A DNA stretch of 64,000 bases. Origin: Nitrososphaera sp. (GTDB lineage Archaea; Thermoproteota; Nitrososphaeria; Nitrososphaerales; Nitrososphaeraceae). Both the position numbers and the translations under genes were made by a program. The stretch covers positions 21,849 through 85,848 of the forward strand of contig NZ_DASWIL010000038.1 in the NCBI RefSeq assembly GCF_036397675.1, given 5' to 3'. Positions 35,159 to 44,648 of this stretch are shown piece by piece; the first letter of the stretch is position 1, and every line of letters starts with the position of its first letter. The notes below the pieces were generated by a model, which saw only the letters and a list, made by a program, of their open reading frames with translations, ran no database searches and was not told the DNA's origin.

Positions 35159-36145
35159 ATGCTGGACGGCCTTGCAAGGAACAGAATAGACGCAAAAAAG
35201 CCTCGCAAGGAGGGCCTTACGTGCACGATAGACAAGTTCCAGGGCGTCGACAGCGAGAACTTGAAGGTAATTGCCCCGTTCATCGACGTTGTCAAGGTGT
35301 ATGGGGCGCTGCCGATGCTCGTATCCGACGAAGCGCTAAGGAGAAAGATAAAGTTCTACCACGATCTTGGCATTAGAGTCTCGACAGGGAGCACGATAAC
35401 CGAGTTTGCGATTGCCGAGAGCTCGCTTGAGAGGTTTGCAAAAGAGGCCGCTGAGGCCGGCTTTGATGTGGTCGAGATAGGCGAGAGCGGCATTAGCCTA
35501 TCAATGGCGCAAAAGAAAAAGGTGACACAAGTCGTCGAAGCCGCGGGATTGGAATCCCAGTGGAAGGTGGGCAAGAAGGACCCCCGCCACCAGCTGGACC
35601 TCGACGACACGCTGCACAAGGTGGACGAGGCGGTGAAACTGGGCTCCAAGAAGGTCGTTATCGAGGCAAACGAGGGGTACAACGTCGGGATATACGACGA
35701 GAAGGGGCTGGTTAAGTGGAGCTTTGTCGGCGCCATGACAAACGAGCACCCGCCAAGCACGTTCATTTTCGAGGCGCCGCTTGAATCCCAGCAATCCGCG
35801 CTCATGGCCGAGTTTGGCCAGCGCGTAAACCTTGCAGAAGTACAGCCCGACGCCATTACGTCGGTAGAGTCCCAGCGACGGGGATTTCTGGCAAAGTCGG
35901 CTTTTGGCGTCTCGTACGTGCGCAAAGATCCGGAAGGCGGGCCGGCGTCCAAGTTCATCTACTACATAATCAAGACCAAGCATCCCGTAGAGCAGGGCGA
36001 GTTGATGGGCCTGAGCCACCTGCCGAGGAGGACAGTCCAGGCGGCAGTCGAGGACCTGAAGAGGCAGGGATTGATAGTCGAGCGCAACAGCCTCGAGGAC
36101 GCGAGGAAAAAGGTGTATCAGCCGGTCCACTCAGATTGGCTTTAA
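35159..36145 (+). CDS. comA: phosphosulfolactate synthase (ComA) family protein fused to a C-terminal winged-helix domain
   Basis: Collinear with M. jannaschii ComA as I remember it: KPRKEGLT..ID, GFDVVEIGESGISL, and FIFEAPLESQQSALMAEFGQRVNLAEVQPDAITSVESQRRGF. It has about 70 extra C-terminal residues (VEQGELMGLSHLPRRTVQAAVEDLKRQGLIVER) that look like a MarR-type wHTH. Confidence 0.8.
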   Translation: MLDGLARNRIDAKKPRKEGLTCTIDKFQGVDSENLKVIAPFIDVVKVYGALPMLVSDEALRRKIKFYHDLGIRVSTGSTITEFAIAESSLERFAKEAAEAGFDVVEIGESGISLSMAQKKKVTQVVEAAGLESQWKVGKKDPRHQLDLDDTLHKVDEAVKLGSKKVVIEANEGYNVGIYDEKGLVKWSFVGAMTNEHPPSTFIFEAPLESQQSALMAEFGQRVNLAEVQPDAITSVESQRRGFLAKSAFGVSYVRKDPEGGPASKFIYYIIKTKHPVEQGELMGLSHLPRRTVQAAVEDLKRQGLIVERNSLEDARKKVYQPVHSDWL

Positions 36146-36652
36146 CCTGTACGCTAGGATCGCGGCAATTGTCTTGGCGTCTGTTATCTCGCCTGAAAAA
36201 CACTTTTTGACTGCAGCATCCAGCCTGACTTTTTTAACGGCGATGTCCTCGTCATCATCCATCTCGCGCCTGCTCGGTATCCTGTGCAGGTTCTTTGCGA
36301 CAAACAGGTGCATGAGCTCCGTGTCGTAGCCGGGCGCAAGGTACCACTTCAGAAACGGCTTCAGCGTGCCCGAATACCCTATCTCCTCGTCCATCTCCCT
36401 TTTTGCCGCGGCAACCGGAGTCTCGCCCTCCTCTATCTTGCCTGCCGGTATTTCCAAAAGCGCCCTGTCTGCAGCCCGCCTGTACTGGCTCACCAGAAAT
36501 ATGCGGTCGTCTTCGACAGCTATTATGCCGACTGACGGCCTGTGCTCGACTATCTCCTTGTCCACTGTCCTGCCGTTTATCGAGAACCTTTCAAGGCGCA
36601 TCGAGACCTCACCGTCGTACACCTTTCTGCTCTCAATCAGTTTTACCCGCAA
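36131..36652 (-). CDS. NUDIX hydrolase (ADP-ribose pyrophosphatase-like)
   Basis: Has the Nudix box GKIEEGETPVAAAKREMDEEIGY. Confidence 0.85.
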   Translation of the reverse strand: MRVKLIESRKVYDGEVSMRLERFSINGRTVDKEIVEHRPSVGIIAVEDDRIFLVSQYRRAADRALLEIPAGKIEEGETPVAAAKREMDEEIGYSGTLKPFLKWYLAPGYDTELMHLFVAKNLHRIPSRREMDDDEDIAVKKVRLDAAVKKCFSGEITDAKTIAAILAYRLKPI

Positions 36653-36725
36653 CGCCGCTGTACATGAGGCGCGGGTTAATTATCGATTCGCTAGTTTTAT
36701 ATCCGATCTGGCACTATTTTTTCCC

Positions 36726-37139
36726 GTGGAGTTTGTCGATGGCGACGGCAACATCGTCGTCCCAAGGGCAGTCAGGCCGATAATAGATATGGGCGAGACG
36801 GCGCTTGGAAGCAAAAAGGGTGCCAAGAGGCAGTACCGCTATGGAAACCTCCACATACGCGATTACGATAGCCATTACACAGTCCACGTGGACAAGGTGG
36901 ACCCGAGGAAAAATCCACTGGGCCACCTGCTTGTCGACGCGCCAGAATATCTGGTGGGTGCGGCAGCTGTCGCTCTGGTGGGTCGGCACGTCGGGAAAAC
37001 AGTATACAAGAAGCGCAAGCAGGATGGCAAGACCGGCAAAGATGCAGCAATTGACGCCATCATTGCAGGCTGCCTTGCAGGGTCCACCGCAGGCGAGATC
37101 TTCTTTGGGGCAGTAAATGCTGCAAAAAATGGAGGTTGA
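36726..37139 (+). CDS. hypothetical protein with C-terminal hydrophobic segments
   Basis: This is the downstream part of track ORF 36366-37139; the upstream part is antisense to the Nudix gene. Candidate starts are GTG 36726 or ATG 36789. Confidence 0.45.
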   Translation: MEFVDGDGNIVVPRAVRPIIDMGETALGSKKGAKRQYRYGNLHIRDYDSHYTVHVDKVDPRKNPLGHLLVDAPEYLVGAAAVALVGRHVGKTVYKKRKQDGKTGKDAAIDAIIAGCLAGSTAGEIFFGAVNAAKNGG

Positions 37140-38753
37140 TTGAATTTGTCGGCGCCCCGGTTTGGCGAGCAGGCCCAAAGCGTTGCAGAAGAAGCCCCAG
37201 TTTACCCAAGCCCGTCAAGGCTGCATGTCGCCAAGGTTATGCTCAGGCTATTGCCTGTGGTGCTAGCGCTTCGGCGCGACAGGCGCGAGTGGGTAAGAAA
37301 AGAAGGCAGGGGCGTCGACGAGGACAAGTACCGTCGCCACGCAGAGCGCGCATTAAAGACCTTCATCTCGCTCGGGCCCTCGTACATAAAGCTTGGCCAG
37401 TGGCTCTCTTCCAGGGCGGACCTGCTTCCCGAGCCATACCTGGAGGTCCTTGCAAGGCTGCAGGACGACGTTCCCCCTGCGCCCTTTTCCAAGGTCAAGC
37501 CCACCATCGAAAAAGAGATCGGCAAGATTGATGAAGCGTTCGAAGAGTTCAACGAAGAGCCGCTTTCCGGGGCAAGCCTAGGGCAGGTGTACCTTGCCCG
37601 GCACCAGGGCAGGCAGATCATAGTCAAGGTGGGCAGACCCAACATCGAGCGCGTCATGGCAGACGACATTTACGTCCTGAAAAAGATAATGCCGGTCGCA
37701 ACCCGCTTTATCGACCCGAACCTGCGCTTTTCTGCGGAAGGGATGCTTGCCCAGTTTGCCGAGACGATACGCGAGGAGATGGACTACAGGATCGAGGCAG
37801 AGAACCTGATAACTATAAAGCGCAACCTGGCCAGCGACCCTTCAGTCATAATCCCCGACGTGATAGCGGAGAGGACGTCAAGACACGTCCTGACTATGGA
37901 GTACGTGCCTGGAATCAAGATAACCGATGTGCAGGCACTTGACGCAAGAGGTATCGACAGATCGATGCTCGTAATGCGCGCTCACCGGTTGTTCTTCAAG
38001 ATGCTCCTGCGCCACAGCATATTCCACGCCGACCCCCACCCGGGCAACATCTCTGTCGAAGACAGCGAGGACGCAAGGCTGATACTGTACGACTTTGGGA
38101 TGGTAGGGAGGCTGGACAACGAGACGAGGCTAAAGCTCATACGGCTTTACCTTGCACTGTTGGATAAGGACCCCGCCCGCACGGTAAACGTACTCATAGA
38201 ACTTGGGACGCTCGAGCCTGCTGTCAACCGCTACGTCGTGGAAAAGGGCATCGACCTTTCAATCCAGTCGATGTTTGGCAAGCAGGTCGACAGGATGGAG
38301 GTAAAGGCACTGATGGAACTGGCGAACAAGACCATGAGCCGCTTTCCGTTCAGGCTGCCAAAGAACCTTGCGCTGTACATGCGCATGGCATCATTGCTGG
38401 AAGGGATCTACCAGCACCACAAGGTCAGCTTCCAGTTCGTCAGGGTGCTAGCAAACCTGCTCGAGGAAGAGGGCCTCATCCGCGACGCCTACATTGAGGA
38501 AGTGAAGGCATCGGCAAAGAGGATAGCAAAGGGCATAGAGGCGTCAGTCGACGTGGCGCCGATGGTCAAGTCGTTTTTCGAGAACCAGCAGGCGTTCCGG
38601 CAGGAAAGGAAAAGCCCAATGCTTGCGGCGAGCATATTTGCATCCGCGCTATTTGTCGGCTCTGCGCTGATGCTCCCACATAATTCCCTCTTTTCGTACG
38701 CCGGCTTTGCAGCAGCCGCTGTAGCAATAGCCGTCGGCGCGGCAAGAAGGTAG
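37140..38753 (+). CDS. ABC1/UbiB-family atypical kinase
   Basis: Has GPSYIKLGQWLSSRADLLP, PLSGASLGQVY, IVKVGRPNI, HADPHPGN and two C-terminal TM helices. Confidence 0.9.
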   Translation: MNLSAPRFGEQAQSVAEEAPVYPSPSRLHVAKVMLRLLPVVLALRRDRREWVRKEGRGVDEDKYRRHAERALKTFISLGPSYIKLGQWLSSRADLLPEPYLEVLARLQDDVPPAPFSKVKPTIEKEIGKIDEAFEEFNEEPLSGASLGQVYLARHQGRQIIVKVGRPNIERVMADDIYVLKKIMPVATRFIDPNLRFSAEGMLAQFAETIREEMDYRIEAENLITIKRNLASDPSVIIPDVIAERTSRHVLTMEYVPGIKITDVQALDARGIDRSMLVMRAHRLFFKMLLRHSIFHADPHPGNISVEDSEDARLILYDFGMVGRLDNETRLKLIRLYLALLDKDPARTVNVLIELGTLEPAVNRYVVEKGIDLSIQSMFGKQVDRMEVKALMELANKTMSRFPFRLPKNLALYMRMASLLEGIYQHHKVSFQFVRVLANLLEEEGLIRDAYIEEVKASAKRIAKGIEASVDVAPMVKSFFENQQAFRQERKSPMLAASIFASALFVGSALMLPHNSLFSYAGFAAAAVAIAVGAARR

Positions 38754-39143
38754 TTACGATATGGGTATGTTGGTTGCACCAGAAGGCATCGGTATCCTGA
38801 GCGTAACGACGCCGTCCACGTAGGTGGCCTTGCCGAGTACCTTCTCGTCTTCCTTGACGCGCAGCGGCAACACGACCTTCTTCTCTATCTTTTGCGGCCT
38901 GTGCCTCTGGTAGACGGTGCCTGCTGCCTCGGGAGCGTCCCTCTTGGCGCTTACAGCAAGTATGTTGCCTTTAATCTGCAGGTTGATGTTCTTCTTTGCA
39001 AATCCCGGCAAATCGATGGTCACGATAAGCTCACTGTCCTCTGCCACCATGTCTATTGCAGGCATCGCAAACTCGTAGAACTCCCTTGACTTGTTGTCAA
39101 GCTCGCGCGCAAGCTCCCGGACCATATACCTTCCTATGCCCAT
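38754..39143 (-). CDS. Hsp20 / alpha-crystallin small heat-shock protein
   Basis: Has LIVTIDLPGFAKKNINLQIKGNILAVSAKR...GVVTLRIP. I use the start ATG 39143 (MGIGRYM...); the longer track ORF has an implausible N-terminus. Confidence 0.85.
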   Translation of the reverse strand: MGIGRYMVRELARELDNKSREFYEFAMPAIDMVAEDSELIVTIDLPGFAKKNINLQIKGNILAVSAKRDAPEAAGTVYQRHRPQKIEKKVVLPLRVKEDEKVLGKATYVDGVVTLRIPMPSGATNIPIS

Positions 39144-39214
39144 GGCGTAAATCCGTGCACTCGGTATAAATCCTTTATTTGCAACAAAGTAAAAATAATC
39201 CAATAGGGTAGCGG

Positions 39215-39403
39215 ATGTACATGTACTCCGGCTCGTACGACATGCCCAAGTGCAACGCGTGCGGTAGGGACGTCCATCCTGGCGAGATGTCAGAGAGTTT
39301 TTCGTGCCCCAAGTGCAAGAACGCCCGGATCTGGCGCTGCGAGGGCTGTAAGGGGAGGTCCAAGGAATACAAGTGCCCTGCATGCGGCCACAGGGGCAAG
39401 TGA
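39215..39403 (+). CDS. small zinc-finger protein with four CxxC motifs (62 aa)
   Basis: Contains CNACG, CPKCK, CEGCK and CPACG. This resembles the CPxCG-type archaeal zinc-finger micro-protein class. Confidence 0.7.
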   Translation: MYMYSGSYDMPKCNACGRDVHPGEMSESFSCPKCKNARIWRCEGCKGRSKEYKCPACGHRGK

Positions 39404-40081
39404 CTAGGTCAGGACCTTGAAAAAGTTCCTTACCAGGTCTTTTTCTTCATCCGCAAAAGATATGAACGCCTCTACAAGCTCCTTTTCAACCGCTATCTGC
39501 TTGGAGATGACAGACCTGAGCTTTTTCGTTTCAAGGGGTGCTATGTTGTTTATCTCGCCCGTACTGTAGGCGTAGATGTATTCGTTTATCATCTTTGCAA
39601 CAAACGAAGGTGCTCGGTCTATCATCAAAAGCAGGCCTTCCTTCATGGCACGGCACTGGGTGTCGGACGAAGGAAGCGACGAGACGTAGGACTTGAACAG
39701 CTGCATCCGCTTGTCGCCAAGCTCCTCTATCGACGACGCCACCAAAAGTCCGGTGTCAGTCAATTCGTAGAATGGGACTCCCTCTAGCTGGAGCGCCTTT
39801 GGGCCGCGCCTCAAAGGGAGCCGGCCGCCCTCCTTGACCACACCCGCAGGTATGAGGACTTCGTCAAGGTCGCGGAAGATCCCCGAGTATATGTTCTGCC
39901 ACAGTATGCCGTGCTGCTCCGCGATTGCGTGCGCGATGGACGTCCTGGTGCGGAGCTCGGGGCTCTGTTCGGTCGCAAGGTGCGCTATTATCCCCCGCTG
40001 CCTCTTGGCCTCGCCGGTGAACTTGTTCCGGCGCGTCTTGAAGGTGTCAAATATCGCGATGTTCGACTTGTCATCCTTCAT
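39404..40081 (-). CDS. hypothetical protein (225 aa)
   Basis: ORF track with coding-like composition. No motif recognised. Confidence 0.55.
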   Translation of the reverse strand: MKDDKSNIAIFDTFKTRRNKFTGEAKRQRGIIAHLATEQSPELRTRTSIAHAIAEQHGILWQNIYSGIFRDLDEVLIPAGVVKEGGRLPLRRGPKALQLEGVPFYELTDTGLLVASSIEELGDKRMQLFKSYVSSLPSSDTQCRAMKEGLLLMIDRAPSFVAKMINEYIYAYSTGEINNIAPLETKKLRSVISKQIAVEKELVEAFISFADEEKDLVRNFFKVLT

Positions 40082-40249
40082 AAAAGCTTCCCCCCAAGCA
40101 CGTTCACCTCTTTATAAAGCAGATAATATTTTAATTTGTTGGTTTTATGGATTAAATTCTCAACCAGTACGCCGTGCAAAATCTCACTAACCTCCTCTTG
40201 TGTCAATTATTCAACAGCTTTTTATTGATGCATGCGTTGACCTTCGACG

Positions 40250-40840
40250 GTGGCAAAAGGCAAAGTAATAGTCCTTGAAGGCACGGATAAGGCAGGCAAG
40301 ACTACCCAGTCAAGGATGGTCCAGGAGGCGCTCAAGGCGCTCGGCAAGATATGCGTGGTTATCGACTTTCCCGATTACACGACGCCCATCGGCATGGAGA
40401 TACGGGCGTTCCTTGACGGCAGACGAGACTACCCTGCCGAGGCCAAGCACCTGCTCTTTTCCGCAAACAGGTGGGAAAAGAAGAAGGAGATAGAGAGTAT
40501 GGTGGAAAATGGCACCATCGTCATCATGAACAGGTACTGGCAGTCAAACCTGGTATACGGCGTGTCAAACGGTATGGACGCCGTGTGGCTCCAGCGTCTT
40601 GACAAGGGCCTGCCAAAGGAGGACGTGGTGATAGTGCTTCTCGTCAACCCGGCCACCTCGAGAAAGAGGGTAGAAGTGCCCGACGCCTTTGAGACCGACG
40701 AAAAACTCGCCATAGCTGCGTACAAGAACTACATCAAATACGCAAAGGCCTTCAAGTGGAAGGTCATTGACGGCTCTAGGAGCAAGGAGCAGGTCCACCA
40801 AGAAATCCTGAAGCTTGTCAGGAAAGTAGTGAAAGTTTAA
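40250..40840 (+). CDS. tmk: thymidylate kinase
   Basis: Has the P-loop VLEGTDKAGKTTQ and size and layout typical of dTMP kinase. Confidence 0.85.
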   Translation: MAKGKVIVLEGTDKAGKTTQSRMVQEALKALGKICVVIDFPDYTTPIGMEIRAFLDGRRDYPAEAKHLLFSANRWEKKKEIESMVENGTIVIMNRYWQSNLVYGVSNGMDAVWLQRLDKGLPKEDVVIVLLVNPATSRKRVEVPDAFETDEKLAIAAYKNYIKYAKAFKWKVIDGSRSKEQVHQEILKLVRKVVKV

Positions 40841-40868
40841 TTCGACCCCTCCCTTCTGCATCTTACTC

Positions 40869-42125
40869 TTGGATTTTGAAGGTGAAATAACCGACCCCAT
40901 CCACCGCTCCATCCGGTTTTCAGGGGCCGAAAGGGACATCATCGACAGCCCGGTGTTCCAGCGGCTGCGCCGGATCCGCCAGCTTGCAGGCGCGCACCTA
41001 GTCTACCCAAGCGCTCAGCACTCTAGGTTCGAGCACTCGCTTGGGGCCATGCACATAGCAGGCCTTGCAGGCGAGAGCCTGCTTGCCAAGGGCTACATCG
41101 ACAACGCAGAAGTCGTCCAGGAATTGCGTTTGGCAGCGCTTTTGCACGACATTGGCCACGGGCCTTTTTCGCATCTGTTTGAAGAAGTGCTTGAAACAAA
41201 GACGAGCACGAGCCACGAAGAAATAGGCAGGCGCATCATTGCAAAGAGCGAGCTGGCCGACGCGCTTGCAAAGAACGGCTACAGCCCGGACCACATCGCA
41301 AGGCTCTCGTTCGGGCAGTCAAAGACCGGCTTTTTGAACGAGATAATATCGGGCGGGCATTCGGCGGACATCATGGACTATCTCCCCCGCGACGCGTATT
41401 TCACCGGGGCAGAATACGGCAAGGTGGACTATTATAGGCTGGTAAGCTCCTTTGAAGTCGCAAAGGGCAAGCTTGCCATCGACAGGTCTGCGCTCAACTC
41501 TCTGGAGTCGATGCTCATATCCAGGTACGAGATGTTCAAGGCCGTTTACTTCCACAAGACGGTCAGGTCTGCAGAGGTCATGCTTTTGCAGTCCATGATA
41601 GCCGGCGACGATGCACTCGGGCTTGCCGACACGTCGCTTGAAAACTACCTTTCGCTGACTGACGAGGCGACGCTTGAAAGGCTTTGCTCGCTGCAAGGAA
41701 TAGCAGGCATGCTGGCCTGCGACTACCGCGACAGGCGGCTTTTGAAGTGTGTGTACGAAAAGTTCCTGCACAAGCGCGACCGGAATAAGCGTATGGACCG
41801 AAAGGCGCTGTCGAAAATGGAAGACGAGATAGCTCACCTTGCCGGCGTTGACAGGTCGCTGGTTTTTGCAGATGCGTCCAGGGCGTCGTCGATGCCCCTC
41901 ACTCCAAGCAAGGAGGAGATGAGTTTTGTGCTCGTAGCCGACAAGAGCGGCGTGCAGGAGGTGCCAGTGTCGGAAATCCCGCTGGTCGACTCGATATCGG
42001 GGTTCTTTGACATGCTCAGAGTATACACGACGGTTGAAAACCGGTACAAGGTGGAGCGATCTGTTAAAAAGGTGCTGGGGGAAAAGGAGACACTGGGAAT
42101 GGGGGCGGGAAGGCTTGGCCGATAA
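40869..42125 (+). CDS. HD-domain phosphohydrolase (dNTP triphosphohydrolase-like)
   Basis: Has ITDPIHRSI.., QLAGAHLVYPSAQHSRFEHSLG and LLHDIGHGPFSH. Confidence 0.85.
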   Translation: MDFEGEITDPIHRSIRFSGAERDIIDSPVFQRLRRIRQLAGAHLVYPSAQHSRFEHSLGAMHIAGLAGESLLAKGYIDNAEVVQELRLAALLHDIGHGPFSHLFEEVLETKTSTSHEEIGRRIIAKSELADALAKNGYSPDHIARLSFGQSKTGFLNEIISGGHSADIMDYLPRDAYFTGAEYGKVDYYRLVSSFEVAKGKLAIDRSALNSLESMLISRYEMFKAVYFHKTVRSAEVMLLQSMIAGDDALGLADTSLENYLSLTDEATLERLCSLQGIAGMLACDYRDRRLLKCVYEKFLHKRDRNKRMDRKALSKMEDEIAHLAGVDRSLVFADASRASSMPLTPSKEEMSFVLVADKSGVQEVPVSEIPLVDSISGFFDMLRVYTTVENRYKVERSVKKVLGEKETLGMGAGRLGR

Positions 42126-42798
42126 GGAGTGTGTCGTCATCAAATTAAGTGGCAGGGTGTTTTCCGGCGACACGGGCTCTGAGATAAAGAAATATGCAAA
42201 GATGCTTGCTGAGATATCTTCCAGAGTGCAGCCAGTCGTCGTCGCAGGCGGCGGCAGGATGGCGCGCCACTACATCAGGATTGCTAGGGGCTTTGGGCTT
42301 GATGAGGCGTCGCTTGACATCATTGGCATACATGTATCGAGGCTCAACGCAGGGCTTTTGGTGGCGGCACTTGGCAAAAAGGCCCACCCCGCAATTCCGG
42401 AGGACCTCGAGCAGGTCACTCAAGCGGCGGCCACCGGCAGGATAGTGGTGACAGGCGGCCTGCACCCTGGACAGAGCACTAATGCGACTGCCGCGCTCAT
42501 AGCCGAGAAGGTTGGCGCTATCAGGTTTGTGAATGCGACCGACATCGACGGCATCTACGACTCTGACCCGAGATCGAACAAGAAGGCCAGGATGTTCAAA
42601 GACATAACAGTCAAAAAGTGCCGCGCGCTTCTTGGCGGCGAGAACTCGATGGCAGGAGGCTACGACCTGATGGACATTGTCGCGCTCAAGGTGATAGAGC
42701 GCTCAAAAATCCCGACGGTGGTCATAATGTCAGAACCGTCAAAAATCAAGGACGCGGTGCTGAAAAACAAGGCTTTCGGAACCAGGATAGTAGCCTAA
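42115..42798 (+). CDS. pyrH: UMP kinase, archaeal type
   Basis: Has VVIKLSGRVF, VVAGGG and GGLHPGQSTNATAALIAE. The track ORF starts at 42007 inside the HD gene. I use in-frame TTG 42115, giving 227 aa. Confidence 0.85.
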   Translation: MADKECVVIKLSGRVFSGDTGSEIKKYAKMLAEISSRVQPVVVAGGGRMARHYIRIARGFGLDEASLDIIGIHVSRLNAGLLVAALGKKAHPAIPEDLEQVTQAAATGRIVVTGGLHPGQSTNATAALIAEKVGAIRFVNATDIDGIYDSDPRSNKKARMFKDITVKKCRALLGGENSMAGGYDLMDIVALKVIERSKIPTVVIMSEPSKIKDAVLKNKAFGTRIVA

Positions 42799-43127
42799 GA
42801 GACGGTCTTTATCTCGCCCGTGTACTCGGGCATCCCGTCGGCGAGCATCTTCTTGAATATCTCCTCTCCTTGCTGCAGGGCCATCGGTTTTGACTGGGCC
42901 TTGGCGTACCCCTGACTGTCGCAGACAAAGAGCATCGCCTCGTCGCCCCGGGTCATCTTGCCAGCAAGCTCCTCCTCGCCTACCGGCTCAAAGCTGTCCC
43001 CCGACTGCTTTATCGTGTAGGTGAGCATGGCAAAGCCTGCGTAGTCGAACAGTCGCATCTGCGCCTTTTGCGCGCGTTGCTTGCCAAGGTGCGCGGCCTT
43101 GTGGTACTGCAACAAAAGCTGTGACAA
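42795..43127 (-). CDS. hypothetical protein (110 aa)
   Basis: ORF track with coding-like composition. Confidence 0.5.
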   Translation of the reverse strand: MSQLLLQYHKAAHLGKQRAQKAQMRLFDYAGFAMLTYTIKQSGDSFEPVGEEELAGKMTRGDEAMLFVCDSQGYAKAQSKPMALQQGEEIFKKMLADGMPEYTGEIKTVS

Positions 43128-43192
43128 CTTGGATGAGTATAAGCATTTGCGCAGGCAATCGACAGATTTAAACAGAAGAAATTGAACAGAGC

Positions 43193-43735
43193 TTGACAGT
43201 GAACATGCTCGTCTACGCCGCAGCAGGCGGCATCACCGTCGCGGCAGTCGCAGTGTTTTTCCTTCTTGGACCGGGAATAGCATTGCCTGATCCGCAGGAG
43301 CGTCCCGAGGCACAGGTCATCCCGCCGGTCGTGGCAGTCAGGGACGTGTCGGTGACAAGCGAAGGTGACAGGGCGCAAGTGCGGGTGGTGTTTACAGTTG
43401 ATAATCCCAACCAGAGGCCGATGTACCTTGAGGAGATACAGTACGACCTGCTTGTAAATGACAAGCCCATGGGGCTGGGCCAGTGGGGAGGCATCCCGGA
43501 GGGCTTTTTGGCAGGCTCAGACACGTTGACACTTATCCCCTCAGAAGGGCGTGTCCCTTCCCTAAGGCCAGATCCAACGACTGTGACAAGGAGCAACCTG
43601 AACGCGGACGAGTGGGATAGCATGGTTGACGGGACTGCCACGTACACTATAAGCGGCAGGTCCACGTACAGGCTGACTGGGGCAAACCTTCAGACTACTG
43701 CCAATGCAGAGACGTTTGATTTGACATTTCCATAA
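43193..43735 (+). CDS. LEA_2 / NDR1-HIN1-like (water-stress-type) membrane-anchored protein
   Basis: Has an N-terminal TM helix, then VAVRDVSVTSEGDRAQVRVVFTVDNPNQRPMYLEEIQYDLLVNDKPMG, the LEA14-like beta-sandwich pattern. Confidence 0.6.
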   Translation: MTVNMLVYAAAGGITVAAVAVFFLLGPGIALPDPQERPEAQVIPPVVAVRDVSVTSEGDRAQVRVVFTVDNPNQRPMYLEEIQYDLLVNDKPMGLGQWGGIPEGFLAGSDTLTLIPSEGRVPSLRPDPTTVTRSNLNADEWDSMVDGTATYTISGRSTYRLTGANLQTTANAETFDLTFP

Positions 43736-43741
43736 CGTTTT

Positions 43742-43948
43742 ATGATAATATCACTTGCTGCCATTTCCCATACCAATAAGGATAATAAGTTTGGGAAAAA
43801 ACGCATCGGCATGGCGGAAACAGCAGCTGCAATAATATTCGGTTCGACAGTCGGAGTATTCATCTTCCTCGCTGCCATCCTCTTTGGATCGAGGGCAAGG
43901 CGGTACAGTGGTGGATACACTTCGTCCGTGGAAAGCCACGGCGGCTGA
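43742..43948 (+). CDS. hypothetical small membrane protein
   Basis: ORF track. One TM helix. The start is possibly the internal ATG (MAETAAAIIFG...). Confidence 0.3.
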   Translation: MIISLAAISHTNKDNKFGKKRIGMAETAAAIIFGSTVGVFIFLAAILFGSRARRYSGGYTSSVESHGG

Positions 43949-43954
43949 TCTTTT

Positions 43955-44611
43955 TTATTTGCCTTTTAGCTTCCCGAACAGGTCATCAAGCAAGTCGCCG
44001 CTCCCTTCTTTTAGCTTTTCCCTCGCGTAGCAGCGCGAATAATACTTGCAGTTCAGGCACAGGTCTGACGGCTCCACTATGGGCACCTTGTTTTCCTTGA
44101 GCAACGTGCTGAGCACCCTTGCCCGGCGGACAATCTCTTCAAACATCTTGTTGCTCTTGGTTATTGAGAACTCGGCGGTCTTGCCGTCGCCCGTCATGTA
44201 TATCAAAAACCCGTCCTGCTTGCCAAGCGCAAACAGGCATGCGTTCAGGTAGAGCATGTGCCTCGGATGCGGAACCTCAGGGAGCTCGGGCACCACTTCA
44301 AAGCGGACTACGAACTCGTCGGCGATTATCATGTCGGCGTCCACCTGCAGCGCGAGGCTGTCCATCTTGTACTCGCCGTGCGCGTTATTCAGAGCCTTTC
44401 GCATCCCGTGGCTCAAGAGTATGGACATTTTCGTTATGTTGTCTGCAGGTAGAGGGTCGCGGCGCTCATAGTAGGCAAGCCTCATGCACAGCGATGCCTC
44501 GATTGCGTGGATCTGGTCAGGGTTTGCCTTGTCTATCTTGACGTCCAAGTCCTGGTACAACCTGTCAAACGTCTTTTCAATTATGTCGCGCAGGTTGCGG
44601 TCTCCAAGCAT
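43955..44611 (-). CDS. Cas4-like / RecB-family PD-(D/E)xK fold protein with four-Cys cluster
   Basis: Has an N-terminal SLCMRLAYY (C-x-R-x-x-YY) and a C-terminal CLNCKYYSRC (CxxCx5C), as in Cas4/DUF83. The expected E-x-K appears as E-V-V (RFEVVPE). Confidence 0.55.
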   Translation of the reverse strand: MLGDRNLRDIIEKTFDRLYQDLDVKIDKANPDQIHAIEASLCMRLAYYERRDPLPADNITKMSILLSHGMRKALNNAHGEYKMDSLALQVDADMIIADEFVVRFEVVPELPEVPHPRHMLYLNACLFALGKQDGFLIYMTGDGKTAEFSITKSNKMFEEIVRRARVLSTLLKENKVPIVEPSDLCLNCKYYSRCYAREKLKEGSGDLLDDLFGKLKGK

Positions 44612-44648
44612 CTCGCGCGCTGTACCACCCGGCGGTATATATTGACTG

